From assembly GCA_034669905.1 (NCBI GenBank), contig JAXMOL010000011.1, forward strand, positions 64,001 through 128,000: a stretch of 64,000 nt of DNA, given 5' to 3'. The position numbers and the translations under genes were made by a program. Below, piece after piece: positions 18,262 to 28,064 of the stretch. The notes beneath the pieces were generated by a model that had not been told where the DNA came from, did not search any database, and saw nothing but the letters and a program-made list of their open reading frames with translations. This DNA is from Candidatus Hydrogenedentota bacterium (GTDB lineage: Bacteria > Hydrogenedentota > Hydrogenedentia > Hydrogenedentales > JAEUWI01). Position 1 is the first letter of the stretch. The number at the start of each line of letters is the position of its first letter.

Positions 18262-20745
18262 GTGAATATCGCTGTCCTCCCCCTTCTTCTCTTCAGCGCC
18301 GTGACCTGGGAGCATCCCGCCGGGATGATCACCGACGCCACGATCTCGGAAGTTCGTGACAAGGTCGCCACCCAGGCTTGGGCACGGGAACACGTGAAGC
18401 GGATGGAGTCCTCGGTCACCCCGTGGGTGGAGAAAGACATCACCGAAATTCGTCGCATCTTCCCGCGCGAGGGCGGAAACGTCTACCACAATTTTTCCTG
18501 TCCCACCGACCGGGTCCGGCTCCAGCTTGATCTGTTTAATCCCGAGCAGTTTCACTGCACGACCTGTGGCGAAGATTTTGCGCCCCATACCGACGCGGGC
18601 ATCTACCCGGTGGGCGACCGTTACCACGGGGATATGTATGCGGGCTGGGTCTGTCTGTTTCACAACGGCCTCTCCCAGCGCATGGTCGACATGGCCTTCC
18701 TCAGCCGCCTGCAAGAGAAACCCGCCCTGAAATCCCGGGCCATCGAATTGCTGCTGCTCTATGCCGAGGTCTTGACTGCGCTCCCCCTTCGTGTGCCCGA
18801 ATCCATCAATCAGCACAGCCCCATGCGCGGCCAATACAATCGCATCCTCACCTATCACCGGGAAGGGGACAACACCATCCTCTTCAACCTCGCCCAGGTC
18901 TATGAGTTGGTGCGCGATGGCATGTCTTCCGCGCAGCGGGAGCAGGTGGAAGGGCAGGTGCTCACCCGTCTGCTCGAAGACATCATGCTCGAACCCCAGT
19001 ATGTCTATGACCACAACAACGTGTACCAGTGGCACCGCACGGTGGTCCAGGCGGGGCTCGCCCTGGAGCGGGAAGACGTTATCGACTGGGCCTTTGGTCA
19101 GGGGAATTACGCTCCGGAAAAACTGCCGGAACACCGCAGCATGGCGCGCATCCTCGACACCCATTTCAACGCCGATGGGGCCTTCTGGGAGCTGGCGTCG
19201 GGCTACCACCTCTACCCCGTGCAGCACCTCTGCGAATTTGCCGTCCTTTCGCGCAATGTTTCCGCCATGGACCCGGAACGCTTTCCCGCCGAGCGGTACG
19301 ACCTGACGCGACGGAGCAGCGCGGGCGGACAGGTCATCCACAAGGCCCTGACGTGGTTCATGTCGCTGGCCATGCCCGACCGCACGATGACCATCCTGGG
19401 CGACTCCACCAAGGCTCGGGCAGGGATGGATACCTACACGGCCACGGCCGAGATTGGCTACCGCTACTACGACATTGAGGCTGTGGGGGACTATGCGCGC
19501 TTCCGCGAGGGACGACGTTCCCAGCATGGCCTTTTTTATGGCGCACCGACGGTTGTGCAGCACGACCTGCCTTACACGAGCAGCTTCCTCTCCAGTGGCT
19601 GGGTATCCCTGCGCAATGAATGGGAAGACAACCAGGTCTGGGTGGGGCTGAACGGCCTGATTAAGGGGGGCGGCCATCAACATGCGGATCACCTTACGCT
19701 CACCCTCTTTGCCCACGGTCAGTTGCTCGCGCTGGAGAAAAGCGTGCCTTATAACGAAGGGACGTTGCGCGTGCTGGGCACGGAAACGGCCGCGCACAAC
19801 ACGGTGACCGTGGATAGGGAATCGGGTCCCCAGGGGGAAGCCCTCACACCGGAACAAACGCCGACGGTGGTCTATTTTCACGATGGGCCTGTGGTGAAGT
19901 ACGCCGAAATCCACGGCGATAATCTCTACGCACAAACCACCGTTTACCGGCGGGCGGTGGCCGTCGTCGAAGATGTGGTCGTCGACTGCTTCCGAGTCGA
20001 AGGCGGCGAAACCCACGACTGGATGGTCCATCATGGTGGTGCGGCACCCACCCTCTCCCTCGACCTGACGGACGGCTCCTTTGAGCCGAAAACCTGGCTG
20101 GCAGGTGGACGAGACGCTGTGCAGACGGCCACCACCGACGGTACCTGGGCCGCCGGGTGGTCGGTGGCCGATGTGAGTTCACGGCTGACCATGCTGGGTG
20201 CGGCAGATACCCAGGTCTTCGCCCTGGAGACCTATCCGCTGAATAATGCGGTGATTACCGACGCCTATCCGCCCACCCAGAGTCTCTGCGTGCGGCGAAA
20301 GGACGACGCCCCCTTCATCGCGGTGTGGGATAGCTGGAAAGACACGCCCAATCTGCTATCTGTCTCGGTGGGAAACCGTCCCGAAGCGCTATTACTGCGG
20401 ACCAAGGCGCACACCTACCATGTCTTGTTTGGTGGCGGGAAGGCCGTCTTTCCTGACGGCTTGGAGATGGAGAGCGATGGGGCTTTCGTGGTCGTGAAAG
20501 ACAGGCAAGCGATGACTCTCGTGGGCGGCACGGGACTCACGATGGCACAGGATGGGAACGAGCTGACGCTTGAAGGGGAGACGGTGGCGACGGTGGAAAT
20601 TCGGCGGGGTAACGAAGACATTACGGTGCACCCGGTCATTGCCCATGATACCTATGGGGGGGCGGACCATCCCCGACCCGCGCCAAGCAACGCGGGCTTT
20701 CAGATGGGCGGGACCTGGCCTGCGGGCGGAGTGATTGCCGAGTAG
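18262..20745 (+). CDS. Heparinase II/III-family polysaccharide lyase (oligo-uronide lyase-like), secreted
   Basis: GTG start after GGAG; HNNVYQW, DGAFWELASGYHLY, MPDRTMTILGDS, GGGHQHADHL, TAAHNTVTVD. Confidence 0.8.
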   Translation: MNIAVLPLLLFSAVTWEHPAGMITDATISEVRDKVATQAWAREHVKRMESSVTPWVEKDITEIRRIFPREGGNVYHNFSCPTDRVRLQLDLFNPEQFHCTTCGEDFAPHTDAGIYPVGDRYHGDMYAGWVCLFHNGLSQRMVDMAFLSRLQEKPALKSRAIELLLLYAEVLTALPLRVPESINQHSPMRGQYNRILTYHREGDNTILFNLAQVYELVRDGMSSAQREQVEGQVLTRLLEDIMLEPQYVYDHNNVYQWHRTVVQAGLALEREDVIDWAFGQGNYAPEKLPEHRSMARILDTHFNADGAFWELASGYHLYPVQHLCEFAVLSRNVSAMDPERFPAERYDLTRRSSAGGQVIHKALTWFMSLAMPDRTMTILGDSTKARAGMDTYTATAEIGYRYYDIEAVGDYARFREGRRSQHGLFYGAPTVVQHDLPYTSSFLSSGWVSLRNEWEDNQVWVGLNGLIKGGGHQHADHLTLTLFAHGQLLALEKSVPYNEGTLRVLGTETAAHNTVTVDRESGPQGEALTPEQTPTVVYFHDGPVVKYAEIHGDNLYAQTTVYRRAVAVVEDVVVDCFRVEGGETHDWMVHHGGAAPTLSLDLTDGSFEPKTWLAGGRDAVQTATTDGTWAAGWSVADVSSRLTMLGAADTQVFALETYPLNNAVITDAYPPTQSLCVRRKDDAPFIAVWDSWKDTPNLLSVSVGNRPEALLLRTKAHTYHVLFGGGKAVFPDGLEMESDGAFVVVKDRQAMTLVGGTGLTMAQDGNELTLEGETVATVEIRRGNEDITVHPVIAHDTYGGADHPRPAPSNAGFQMGGTWPAGGVIAE

Positions 20746-20794
20746 GAGTAGTTTAGTTTGAATCCGTGCTTGCGCACGGTGCCGTCGGGCCGAC

Positions 20795-20905
20795 GAAGAG
20801 GGGGACAGCCCCGACGCCCCCGTGGGCTTTGCTGTGGCCAGAAAAATCGTTCGCCCACACGTTGAACACATTCAGCCTGGTTCATTGCGTCGGTGCAGTC
20901 CCCGC
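20795..20905. repeat. REP-like element, family B
   Basis: gaagagggggacagccccgacg...gctgtggccaga...ggttcattgcgtcggtgcagtcccc; near-identical modules at 28075-28188 and 28363-28476. Confidence 0.8.
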
Positions 20906-20919
20906 CGACGGTGCCATAG

Positions 20920-20953
20920 AAAAGGCCCCGCATCACCGGGATGATGCGGGGCC
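20920..20953 (-). terminator. Intrinsic terminator of the heme-binding protein gene (possibly bidirectional)
   Basis: 12-bp stem ggccccgcatca/tgatgcggggcc with an adjacent A run (U-tract on the minus strand), between convergent genes. Confidence 0.8.
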
Positions 20954-20978
20954 GTTGTGTCTTGTGATTGAAGCTGAC

Positions 20979-23900
20979 TTACTTGAACATGGGCGCGTCG
21001 GGATTGCCGCGGGACATGAGGTAGGCCAGGAGGTCGAGGAACTCGGCTTCGTTCATGAAGTCGGCCTGCCCTTCCGGCATCTGGGAAAGACGGGACGCTT
21101 CAATGCTCGCCACTTCGGCCGTCTTCACGATGATGGGATCGGCTTTCGGGTCGGAGGTATGAATCTCCATCCGGCCTTCTTCTTCACTGCCGGACTTATT
21201 GATTACGATGCCCTCGTATTCCGTGCCATTTTCCATCGTCACGATGGAGGAACTGTATTGGTCGGAAATCACGTTGTTGGGCTCGATAATCGCCTCCAGC
21301 AAATCGGGCATGGAGAACTTGTTGGCCACGCTGGAAAGGTCGGGACCAACCGCACCACCGGCACCGTCGAAACGGTGACACTTCACGCAACCGACGGCGT
21401 AGAAGCTGTTCCGCCCATTCTCGAAGTTACGGCCGGTCAGTCCATTCTTCTTGACAGCCGCCAGGGCACTTTCGCGGGTCCAGGACTTGGACGCCCCTTC
21501 CAGCTCTTTGATTTCGAAGGCGGGTCCGGCTTCCAGGTTCAATCCCGTGATGGGGGCCAGGGCCACTTTCTCGGCTTCGGAGCAATTCGCCAAAGCTTCA
21601 TCGCGGATGTTGGTCAGGAACCCGGTATAACTTGCGCCACCCGGGTACTTGGCCGCCTCATTGATGAAGGTGAAGTAGGCTTCCCGCTGATCCATGGACC
21701 AACCATAACGCACGTTGCGGAGCATGAGCGCATAGTTAATCTTGAGGGACGGCGGGTGGTTGTCCAGCACCTGCTGGATGGTGCCGCCGTAGCCCGGATT
21801 ACGCCGGAGGAGTTCGGCCCAATCGGGGATCTTCGTTGGCGCGGCGTCGGCGAGGAGGGCCAGGCCCTTCTCGATGATGCTGGGTGCATCCAGGTAGACC
21901 AGGACACGTACCAACTCGGTGTTGAGGTTATCGCTCTTGGAGGGGAGGAGCGGGTCGATCTGGGCGATAGCCGTGTCGATTGCGGCCTGGTCGGGACGGC
22001 CCATGCGGCTGAAGGTGAGGCTGTAGGCCCGCAACAAGGCCAGGCTCACGTCTTCTTTGAGCTTTGCCAGGTCAAACTGACCGAGGCTCTTCAGGATTTC
22101 TCCCTGAATGGAAGCATCTCCCTGACGTGCCAGGGCAATGAGGGCCACAGCCGCGGCCTGCGGATCCTTTTCAGCGAGCGCCCGGTCCTGCCAGGTGGCG
22201 ACGGGCTGATTTTCGATGGCGATACGGGCGGCGAAACGGATATGGCGATCGTCGCTACCCAGGTGGGGCCACGCCGTTTCGACGGCGGCAGCGTCTTCTT
22301 TGCCGTGGAAGGCTTCCAGACTGCGGCGCAGCGCCCGTGCCTGAAGGGTCGCCGCAGACTCCTGCCGTTTCGCAGGTGCCGTGTTGGCATCGCCCGTGTA
22401 GTACACACGGTAGAGGGCCGACTGGGTGCCACGGCCACCAACGGTGAAGTACAAGGCACCGTCGGGTCCGACGACGGCATCGGTCAGGGGCAGGGGCGAA
22501 CCCGAAACGAACTCTTCCTTTTCACCCACATAGGAGGAACCTTCGGGGGTCATGTGGATGGCATACATGGTGCCGAAGGTCCAGTCGAGGATGTAAAAGG
22601 CATGCTGGTATTTGGCTGGGAATTTTGCCCCCGTGCCGAAGACCACACCCGTGGGCGAACCCGGTCCAATGTCGACGACGGCGGGGAGGCTGTCTTCGTA
22701 GTAGGTCGGCCATTTGCCCGTGCCACTGCGCCAGCCAAATTCGCTGCCGCTGGTGATGTGGTTCACACGGGTGGGACGGTACCAGGGGCTACCAATATCC
22801 CATTCCATGTCGGCGTCGAAGGTGAAGAGTTCTCCTTCGGCATTCAGGGCGATATCGTATTCGTTGCGAAAACCATTGCCAACCAGTTCCCAGCTCGTGC
22901 CGTCAGGAGAAACCTTGGCGACCCAGCCGCCGGGGGCCATACGGCCTTTGGCGTGGCCACGGGCATCCCACTGACGGGGGAGCAGGTGATCTTCCGCGTA
23001 GTTCAAGGGAGCGCGGCTACCCGAGAATTTCGTGGTGTTGGTGTGATTACCCGCGTTGATATAGAGATTCTTGCCGTCCTCGGTAAAGATGATGCCGTGG
23101 GGACCGTGCTCGCCGCTGCCCTTGAGGGTGCGAAGATGCTCCACTGCGTCCAGGTCGCCATTGCCATCGCTATCCGTTACGCGATAGAGACCGCTGTGGC
23201 CTCCGTCGTTCACGTCGACATAGAGGGCGTCGAAGGCCCACAGGAGGCCCTGGGCCGAGGTAATCTTTGCCGGCAAGGGTGTGACCACCGTTTCGGAAGC
23301 CGCGTCACCCAGGGCGGCAGGCTTCACGTGAAAGAGTCCGGCGTCACCCTGGTCCGAAACAAAGAGGCCACCGTCGGGGGCGTTGGTCATGGAAACCCAG
23401 GAACCCTGCGAACCCTTGGGCACGGTATACAGCAACTCGGCCGTGAAACCGGGAAGGAGATTCAGGTTGTTGACCACTTCGGCCGTGGGGGTGGGATCAA
23501 GATTGGCTTTCTCGGTCTGGGCCAACAGGTCGAGCGTGATGACCCGGGTCCAGACGACGCCTTCGCTCCCTACGACGCCGGCGACCTTGGCCTGCCCCCA
23601 TCCGCTGGCATCAAAACCGGGGCTTGCCCAGCCTTCCGGGCCCGCCGCAGCGGCCTTCCAGGAACCATCGGTGACCACGGCAACTTCTTTGCCATTGGCA
23701 TAGGTGAGGGTCAGGCGACAGAAAGCCCCGGCAGAGCCCTCTTTGTTGGAGGCCTGAATGGCGATCGTATTGGTGCCCGGGCTCAGCTTGGCCTTTACGG
23801 GGGTCGCGGAAAGCACTTCCCAGTTGCCGCTCTTCATGACGCGCTCGCCATTGACGAAAACGGCCAGTTCATTGTCACAGGAACCGACGACGATGGCCGA

Positions 23901-24050
23901 TTTCAGCTCTTCCTCCACCTCAAAGGTCGTCAGGAAAAAGGCCTGCTGGCCATCTTTCTGCTCGTCCAGCCATATCCAGGAGGGATCGGCCGCCCAGGCC
24001 AACACGGGACTCAGTATCGCCAGGGCGATCAGGGTAAATCGTTGTTTCAT
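20979..24050 (-). CDS. PVC-type large periplasmic heme c protein (sugar-binding jelly-roll + beta-propeller dehydrogenase-like + HEAT repeats + cytochrome c)
   Basis: Signal peptide MKQRFTLIALA; GEHGPHGI, GFRNEYDIA, FDADMEWDIGSPWYRPTR, GPGSPTG; CVKCH..GGAVGPDL; SQMPEG. Confidence 0.85.
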   Translation of the reverse strand: MKQRFTLIALAILSPVLAWAADPSWIWLDEQKDGQQAFFLTTFEVEEELKSAIVVGSCDNELAVFVNGERVMKSGNWEVLSATPVKAKLSPGTNTIAIQASNKEGSAGAFCRLTLTYANGKEVAVVTDGSWKAAAAGPEGWASPGFDASGWGQAKVAGVVGSEGVVWTRVITLDLLAQTEKANLDPTPTAEVVNNLNLLPGFTAELLYTVPKGSQGSWVSMTNAPDGGLFVSDQGDAGLFHVKPAALGDAASETVVTPLPAKITSAQGLLWAFDALYVDVNDGGHSGLYRVTDSDGNGDLDAVEHLRTLKGSGEHGPHGIIFTEDGKNLYINAGNHTNTTKFSGSRAPLNYAEDHLLPRQWDARGHAKGRMAPGGWVAKVSPDGTSWELVGNGFRNEYDIALNAEGELFTFDADMEWDIGSPWYRPTRVNHITSGSEFGWRSGTGKWPTYYEDSLPAVVDIGPGSPTGVVFGTGAKFPAKYQHAFYILDWTFGTMYAIHMTPEGSSYVGEKEEFVSGSPLPLTDAVVGPDGALYFTVGGRGTQSALYRVYYTGDANTAPAKRQESAATLQARALRRSLEAFHGKEDAAAVETAWPHLGSDDRHIRFAARIAIENQPVATWQDRALAEKDPQAAAVALIALARQGDASIQGEILKSLGQFDLAKLKEDVSLALLRAYSLTFSRMGRPDQAAIDTAIAQIDPLLPSKSDNLNTELVRVLVYLDAPSIIEKGLALLADAAPTKIPDWAELLRRNPGYGGTIQQVLDNHPPSLKINYALMLRNVRYGWSMDQREAYFTFINEAAKYPGGASYTGFLTNIRDEALANCSEAEKVALAPITGLNLEAGPAFEIKELEGASKSWTRESALAAVKKNGLTGRNFENGRNSFYAVGCVKCHRFDGAGGAVGPDLSSVANKFSMPDLLEAIIEPNNVISDQYSSSIVTMENGTEYEGIVINKSGSEEEGRMEIHTSDPKADPIIVKTAEVASIEASRLSQMPEGQADFMNEAEFLDLLAYLMSRGNPDAPMFK

Positions 24051-24206
24051 AACACTTCCTATACGTTTAGGGTATGGATTCACATCCCGCGCCGCCGCAA
24101 GGGGCCGAAGATGCACCGCCAATAGAACAAAAGACCCGTCATACTGCCATATTCCCGGCCAAATTTGAAAGACGGGGCCGGGCCCCCTTCCTTCCCGCCC
24201 CGAATA

Positions 24207-24236
24207 TTGACATATCGACATATTTCGATATATAAT
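24207..24236 (+). promoter_or_regulatory. Consensus sigma70 promoter overlapped by a palindromic operator
   Basis: TTGACA (24207-24212), 18 bp, TATAAT (24231-24236); ATATCGA-N6-TCGATAT at 24212-24231. Confidence 0.8.
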
Positions 24237-24287
24237 TCCCTTCGCAGTATACACGACGGGATTTCACACGGACTTAAGGAACTTCTC

Positions 24288-24806
24288 ATGACCAATACTA
24301 TCTCTCCGACGGAACTCGCCCACAGACAGGCGGCGGGCGACTCGATGGCCATTATTGACGTGCGGACTGCCCTCGAGTTTCGCGAGGTACATGTCCCCCA
24401 TGCCATCAACCTGCCCTTGGAAAAGGTGTCTTCTGCGGCCGTCCAGCAATTGGCAGACAGCGTCCCAATCTACGTCATATGCCGCAGTGGCCAACGGGCC
24501 GCCAAGGCCTGTGAACGGTTGGCCGACGATCCCCTGATCCACGTCAACCTGGTAGAAGGCGGCACGGAAGGCTGGATCCAGGCAGGGCTCAACGTAGTAC
24601 GTGGAAAAAAAACCATGTCCCTGGAGCGGCAGGTGCGCCTTACGGCCGGTGCCCTCGTGTTCCTGGGCACCGTGCTGGGCTATCTGCTACACCCGGCTTT
24701 CCTCCTTCTTTCGGGGGGCATGGGGCTCGGCCTCTTCGTTGCGGCCCTGACGGACTCCTGTGCCATGGGCATGATGCTCTCCCGCATGCCGTGGAACCGG
24801 AACTGA
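24288..24806 (+). CDS. Rhodanese-domain membrane sulfurtransferase (YgaP-like, rhodanese + DUF2892)
   Basis: IIDVRTALEF..VHVPHA, active loop ICRSGQRA, MSLERQVRLTAG, DSCAMGMMLSRMPWN. Confidence 0.9.
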   Translation: MTNTISPTELAHRQAAGDSMAIIDVRTALEFREVHVPHAINLPLEKVSSAAVQQLADSVPIYVICRSGQRAAKACERLADDPLIHVNLVEGGTEGWIQAGLNVVRGKKTMSLERQVRLTAGALVFLGTVLGYLLHPAFLLLSGGMGLGLFVAALTDSCAMGMMLSRMPWNRN

Positions 24807-24858
24807 CGCCCCGCGATACCGGGAACGGGTGACGCGCTGTCCCACGGGCGTGGTCGCC

Positions 24859-24867
24859 TGCTATAAT
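24859..24867 (+). promoter_or_regulatory. Extended -10 promoter
   Basis: TG-C-TATAAT about 50 bp upstream of the 24918 start. Confidence 0.55.
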
Positions 24868-24917
24868 CGGCCTCTTTGAACCGTTATCCGCTTCGTTGCG
24901 TATTCGAAGGAGCCATC

Positions 24918-25742
24918 ATGCCCGACAAACTGACCGACACATCGCGTTTATGCGTCCATACCATGACGACCAAGCCCCTGGACCTGAAGGCGGCTATCCC
25001 GGCCTATGAGAATGCCGGGGTTAAAGGCATCACCCTCTGGCGTGACCATGTGGCCCCCTATGGCCCGAAGGAAGCGGCCAAGATGCTGAAGGATTCTGAC
25101 CTGGAAGTCGTCAGCCTGTGTCGGGGCGGATTCTTTCCGGCCACCTCGGGGATGGCCCGTGAACAGGCCCGCACCGACAACCGCAAGATCATCGACGAGG
25201 CCGCCGAATTGGGAGCACCCGTCTTGGTGCTCGTCTGTGGCGCCGTACCCGATCTGGATCTGAAAACCCAGCGCCAGCAGATTGCGGAAGCCATCCATTC
25301 CCTTATCCCCCATGCGAAGGGCGCGGGCGTAAAGCTGGCCATTGAACCCCTTCACCCCATGTATTCCGCAGATCGCTCCGCCATCAACGCCATGGACCAG
25401 GCCAACAACATGGTCATGATGCTGGGCAGCGAACAGGTGGGCATCGCCCTGGACGTGTACCACGTGTGGTGGGACCATTTCCTGAAGGCCGAAATCGAAC
25501 GGGCCACGGGCACCATCTTTTCCTTCCACGTCTGCGACTGGCGCGTGCCCACGCGGGACATGCTGAATGACCGTGCGGTCATGGGCGACGGCTGCATCCA
25601 GATCAACGAGATTCGGGGCTGGGTGGAAAAGGCGGGCTTTGACGGATTCATCGAAGTGGAAATCTTCTCCGATGAGCTCTGGGGCATGGATCAGGAACGC
25701 TATCTGAGGCGCATCAAGAACGCCTATCTGAAACACGTGTAG
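24918..25742 (+). CDS. Sugar-phosphate isomerase/epimerase (AP endonuclease 2 TIM barrel)
   Basis: SLCRGGFF, LAIEPLHPMY..DRS, ALDVYHVWWD, FHVCDW, MGDGCI, EVEIFS; AAGGAG RBS. Confidence 0.9.
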   Translation: MPDKLTDTSRLCVHTMTTKPLDLKAAIPAYENAGVKGITLWRDHVAPYGPKEAAKMLKDSDLEVVSLCRGGFFPATSGMAREQARTDNRKIIDEAAELGAPVLVLVCGAVPDLDLKTQRQQIAEAIHSLIPHAKGAGVKLAIEPLHPMYSADRSAINAMDQANNMVMMLGSEQVGIALDVYHVWWDHFLKAEIERATGTIFSFHVCDWRVPTRDMLNDRAVMGDGCIQINEIRGWVEKAGFDGFIEVEIFSDELWGMDQERYLRRIKNAYLKHV

Positions 25743-25848
25743 TCGGCTGATTCAGATCGATGGGGTGTTGTTTGCAAGGTACCGCTTATTCATGACGGCC
25801 AATCCGTGTCGCCCTTGTATTACCGCGTCTCTGTACAGGTCGATGGTA

Positions 25849-26051
25849 CGGGCTTTCAGCCCTGTACGATTCTATTGGCCCAAACATGGGGCGTTGCCCC
25901 ATGCTGATATGTTTTCGGGCCGTTGGCCCTACAGGAGGCTTCCACTATGGGACCAAGACTCCTTCCATAGCGCCGAAGGCGTGCGACATGCCAGCCTGGG
26001 GCGAAGCCCCAGGAAATCAAGGTTTAAATTGTAATAAGGGCTGAAAGTCCG
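25849..26051. repeat. REP-like composite element, family C
   Basis: cgggctttcagccct, catggggcgttgccccatg, gggccgttggccc, cctggggcgaagccccagg, agggctgaaagtccg. Confidence 0.8.
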
Positions 26052-26351
26052 CCCCAATACGGCGGACATAAGCGCCTTCACCTACACATCAAACCACGAA
26101 CTGCGCGGGGTACGTGTTCAGACGATACCGCTGATAAGCAGACTCAGTGCAGAGATTAGTTCGGTCACGAAGTTTAATGCGAAGAACAGGGTATCCCGGA
26201 CCAATAGAAACAGTGCCAATAGAATCTGCATGATGTACTCCAGCAAGGTGGACGCCACCGCGTCCTTCGGTAGACAAGAAGCGCCGAGCGCCTCCAACAG
26301 GTAGCTTTGGGTGCCCGAGTATAACAGAAAGTAACTTCACAGGAGCCACCC

Positions 26352-27854
26352 ATGAGTGACGCCCCCCTTGATCGCCTGAAAGCCCGCCTCGGCGAGGTAA
26401 GTGATATTAACAGTGCCGTTTCCCTGCTCCACTGGGACCAGGAAGTCTTTATGCCGCCCAAGGCCGCCGAAGGCCGGGGGCAGCAGCTCGCCACCCTTTC
26501 GGGCTTGGCCCACCGGCTCTTTACGGACGCGGAAATCGGGCAGATGATTCTCCAGCTCATGGACCAGGGCGACCTTTCCGGCGATGACGCGAAGCTGGTG
26601 AGCGAAGCGGCCTACGACTACAACCAGGCCACCAAGGTACCCGAGGCCTTCGTCCAGAAATTCGCCATTGCGCAAAGCAAGGCCTATGAAGCCTGGGTGG
26701 CGGCCCGGGAAGGGTCGGACTTCAAAACCTTCCAGCCCCATCTCGAAACCATGGTGTCCCTGCTGCGCGAGAAGGCCGACTTGCTGGGTTATGAAGGCTC
26801 GCCCTACAACGCCCTGCTGGGCGAATATGAGCGGGGCATGACCGCGGAAGAGCTCAAGACTATCTTTGGCGACCTGGCCCCACGCCAGGGTGCGCTGGTG
26901 GACCGCATCGTCAATGCGCCCCAACAACCCGATCTCGCCTGGCTCGACCAGGAGTGGGATCCGGACACCCAATGGGACATCAGCATGGACGTCCTCCGCG
27001 ATATCGGCTATGACTTTGATGCGGGTCGTCAGGACCGCTCGGTCCACCCCTTCACCATCAACTTCGACACGAAGGACGTACGGGTTACCACCCGCATCCA
27101 TCCCAAAGAACTCTTCTCCGGCCTCACGGGCTCCATCCACGAGGGGGGCCACGCCCTCTATGAGCAGGGCTTTCTGGATAAGGACCGTCGCACGGTCTTG
27201 GGCCAGGCCATTTCGCTGGGCATTCACGAATCCCAGTCGCGCATGTGGGAAAACATGATTGGCCGTAGCCAGCCCTTCTGGAACCGCTATGCGAGCCGCC
27301 TTCAGGTAGCCTACCCCGGCCAGCTCGACGACCAGAGTCCCGAGGATTTCTATCGGGCCATCAACCACGTGGCCCCCACCTTCATCCGCGTGGAAGCCGA
27401 TGAGTGCACCTACAATCTTCACGTCATCATTCGCTTTGAGATCGAACTCGCCCTCATCGAAGGTGATTTGGCGGTGGCCGACGTGCCGGAAGCGTGGAAC
27501 GCCAAGATGAAGCAATACTTGGGGCTCGACGTAGCGGACGACGCCAATGGCTGTCTGCAGGATATCCACTGGTCCCACGGCAGCATGGGCTACTTCCCCA
27601 CCTACGCCCTGGGCAACCTCTACGCCGCCCAGCTTTTTGAGACCATCGAGGGCGCGATACCCGACCTTTGGAAACAGGTAGAGGCCGGTGACTTTGCGCC
27701 GTTGCTGGGCTGGCTGCGCAGCAACGTCCACGAAGTAGGACGGCGTCAGACCGCAGTGGAGCTTATCGAGAACGTAACGGGCAAGGCGCCCTCTGCGGAC
27801 GCCTTCATGCGCTATCTCGAAGGGAAGTACTTGCCCCTCTATGGGCTGAGCTAA
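26352..27854 (+). CDS. Carboxypeptidase, M32 (Taq) family
   Basis: HPF, DVRVTTR, HEGGHALYEQG, HESQSR, IRVEADE, GCLQDIHWS, GYFPTY. Confidence 0.95.
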   Translation: MSDAPLDRLKARLGEVSDINSAVSLLHWDQEVFMPPKAAEGRGQQLATLSGLAHRLFTDAEIGQMILQLMDQGDLSGDDAKLVSEAAYDYNQATKVPEAFVQKFAIAQSKAYEAWVAAREGSDFKTFQPHLETMVSLLREKADLLGYEGSPYNALLGEYERGMTAEELKTIFGDLAPRQGALVDRIVNAPQQPDLAWLDQEWDPDTQWDISMDVLRDIGYDFDAGRQDRSVHPFTINFDTKDVRVTTRIHPKELFSGLTGSIHEGGHALYEQGFLDKDRRTVLGQAISLGIHESQSRMWENMIGRSQPFWNRYASRLQVAYPGQLDDQSPEDFYRAINHVAPTFIRVEADECTYNLHVIIRFEIELALIEGDLAVADVPEAWNAKMKQYLGLDVADDANGCLQDIHWSHGSMGYFPTYALGNLYAAQLFETIEGAIPDLWKQVEAGDFAPLLGWLRSNVHEVGRRQTAVELIENVTGKAPSADAFMRYLEGKYLPLYGLS

Positions 27855-27874
27855 GCCGCAGGGAAGAGGGGCCT

Positions 27875-28064
27875 CGGGGTGCCACCCTCAAGCGGGGCGG
27901 CTACGCCGCAGTGCTTGTGGGTGACAGGACTTCACTGGAGCGGGGCCGCCCGACAAAGGCCACAGAAAAAACAAGTTGCAGCACACGTTCAAGCGTGGAG
28001 TTCATGAGCTCAATGCACCCACAAGCTTCCCCCGCTGCGCTCCTCCGCTTGAGGGTGGCACCCG
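27875..28064. repeat. REPIN-like element, family A
   Basis: cggggtgccaccctcaagcgg...gcttgtgggtg / cacccacaagc...ccgcttgagggtggcacccg. Confidence 0.8.

Noticed and set aside
20766..24125. 1119-aa plus-strand ORF, and similar long antisense ORFs (12347-13948, 18223-20034, 43855-45825, 50163-51842)
   Set aside because: Shadow frames opposite well-supported genes in GC-rich DNA; no recognisable motifs
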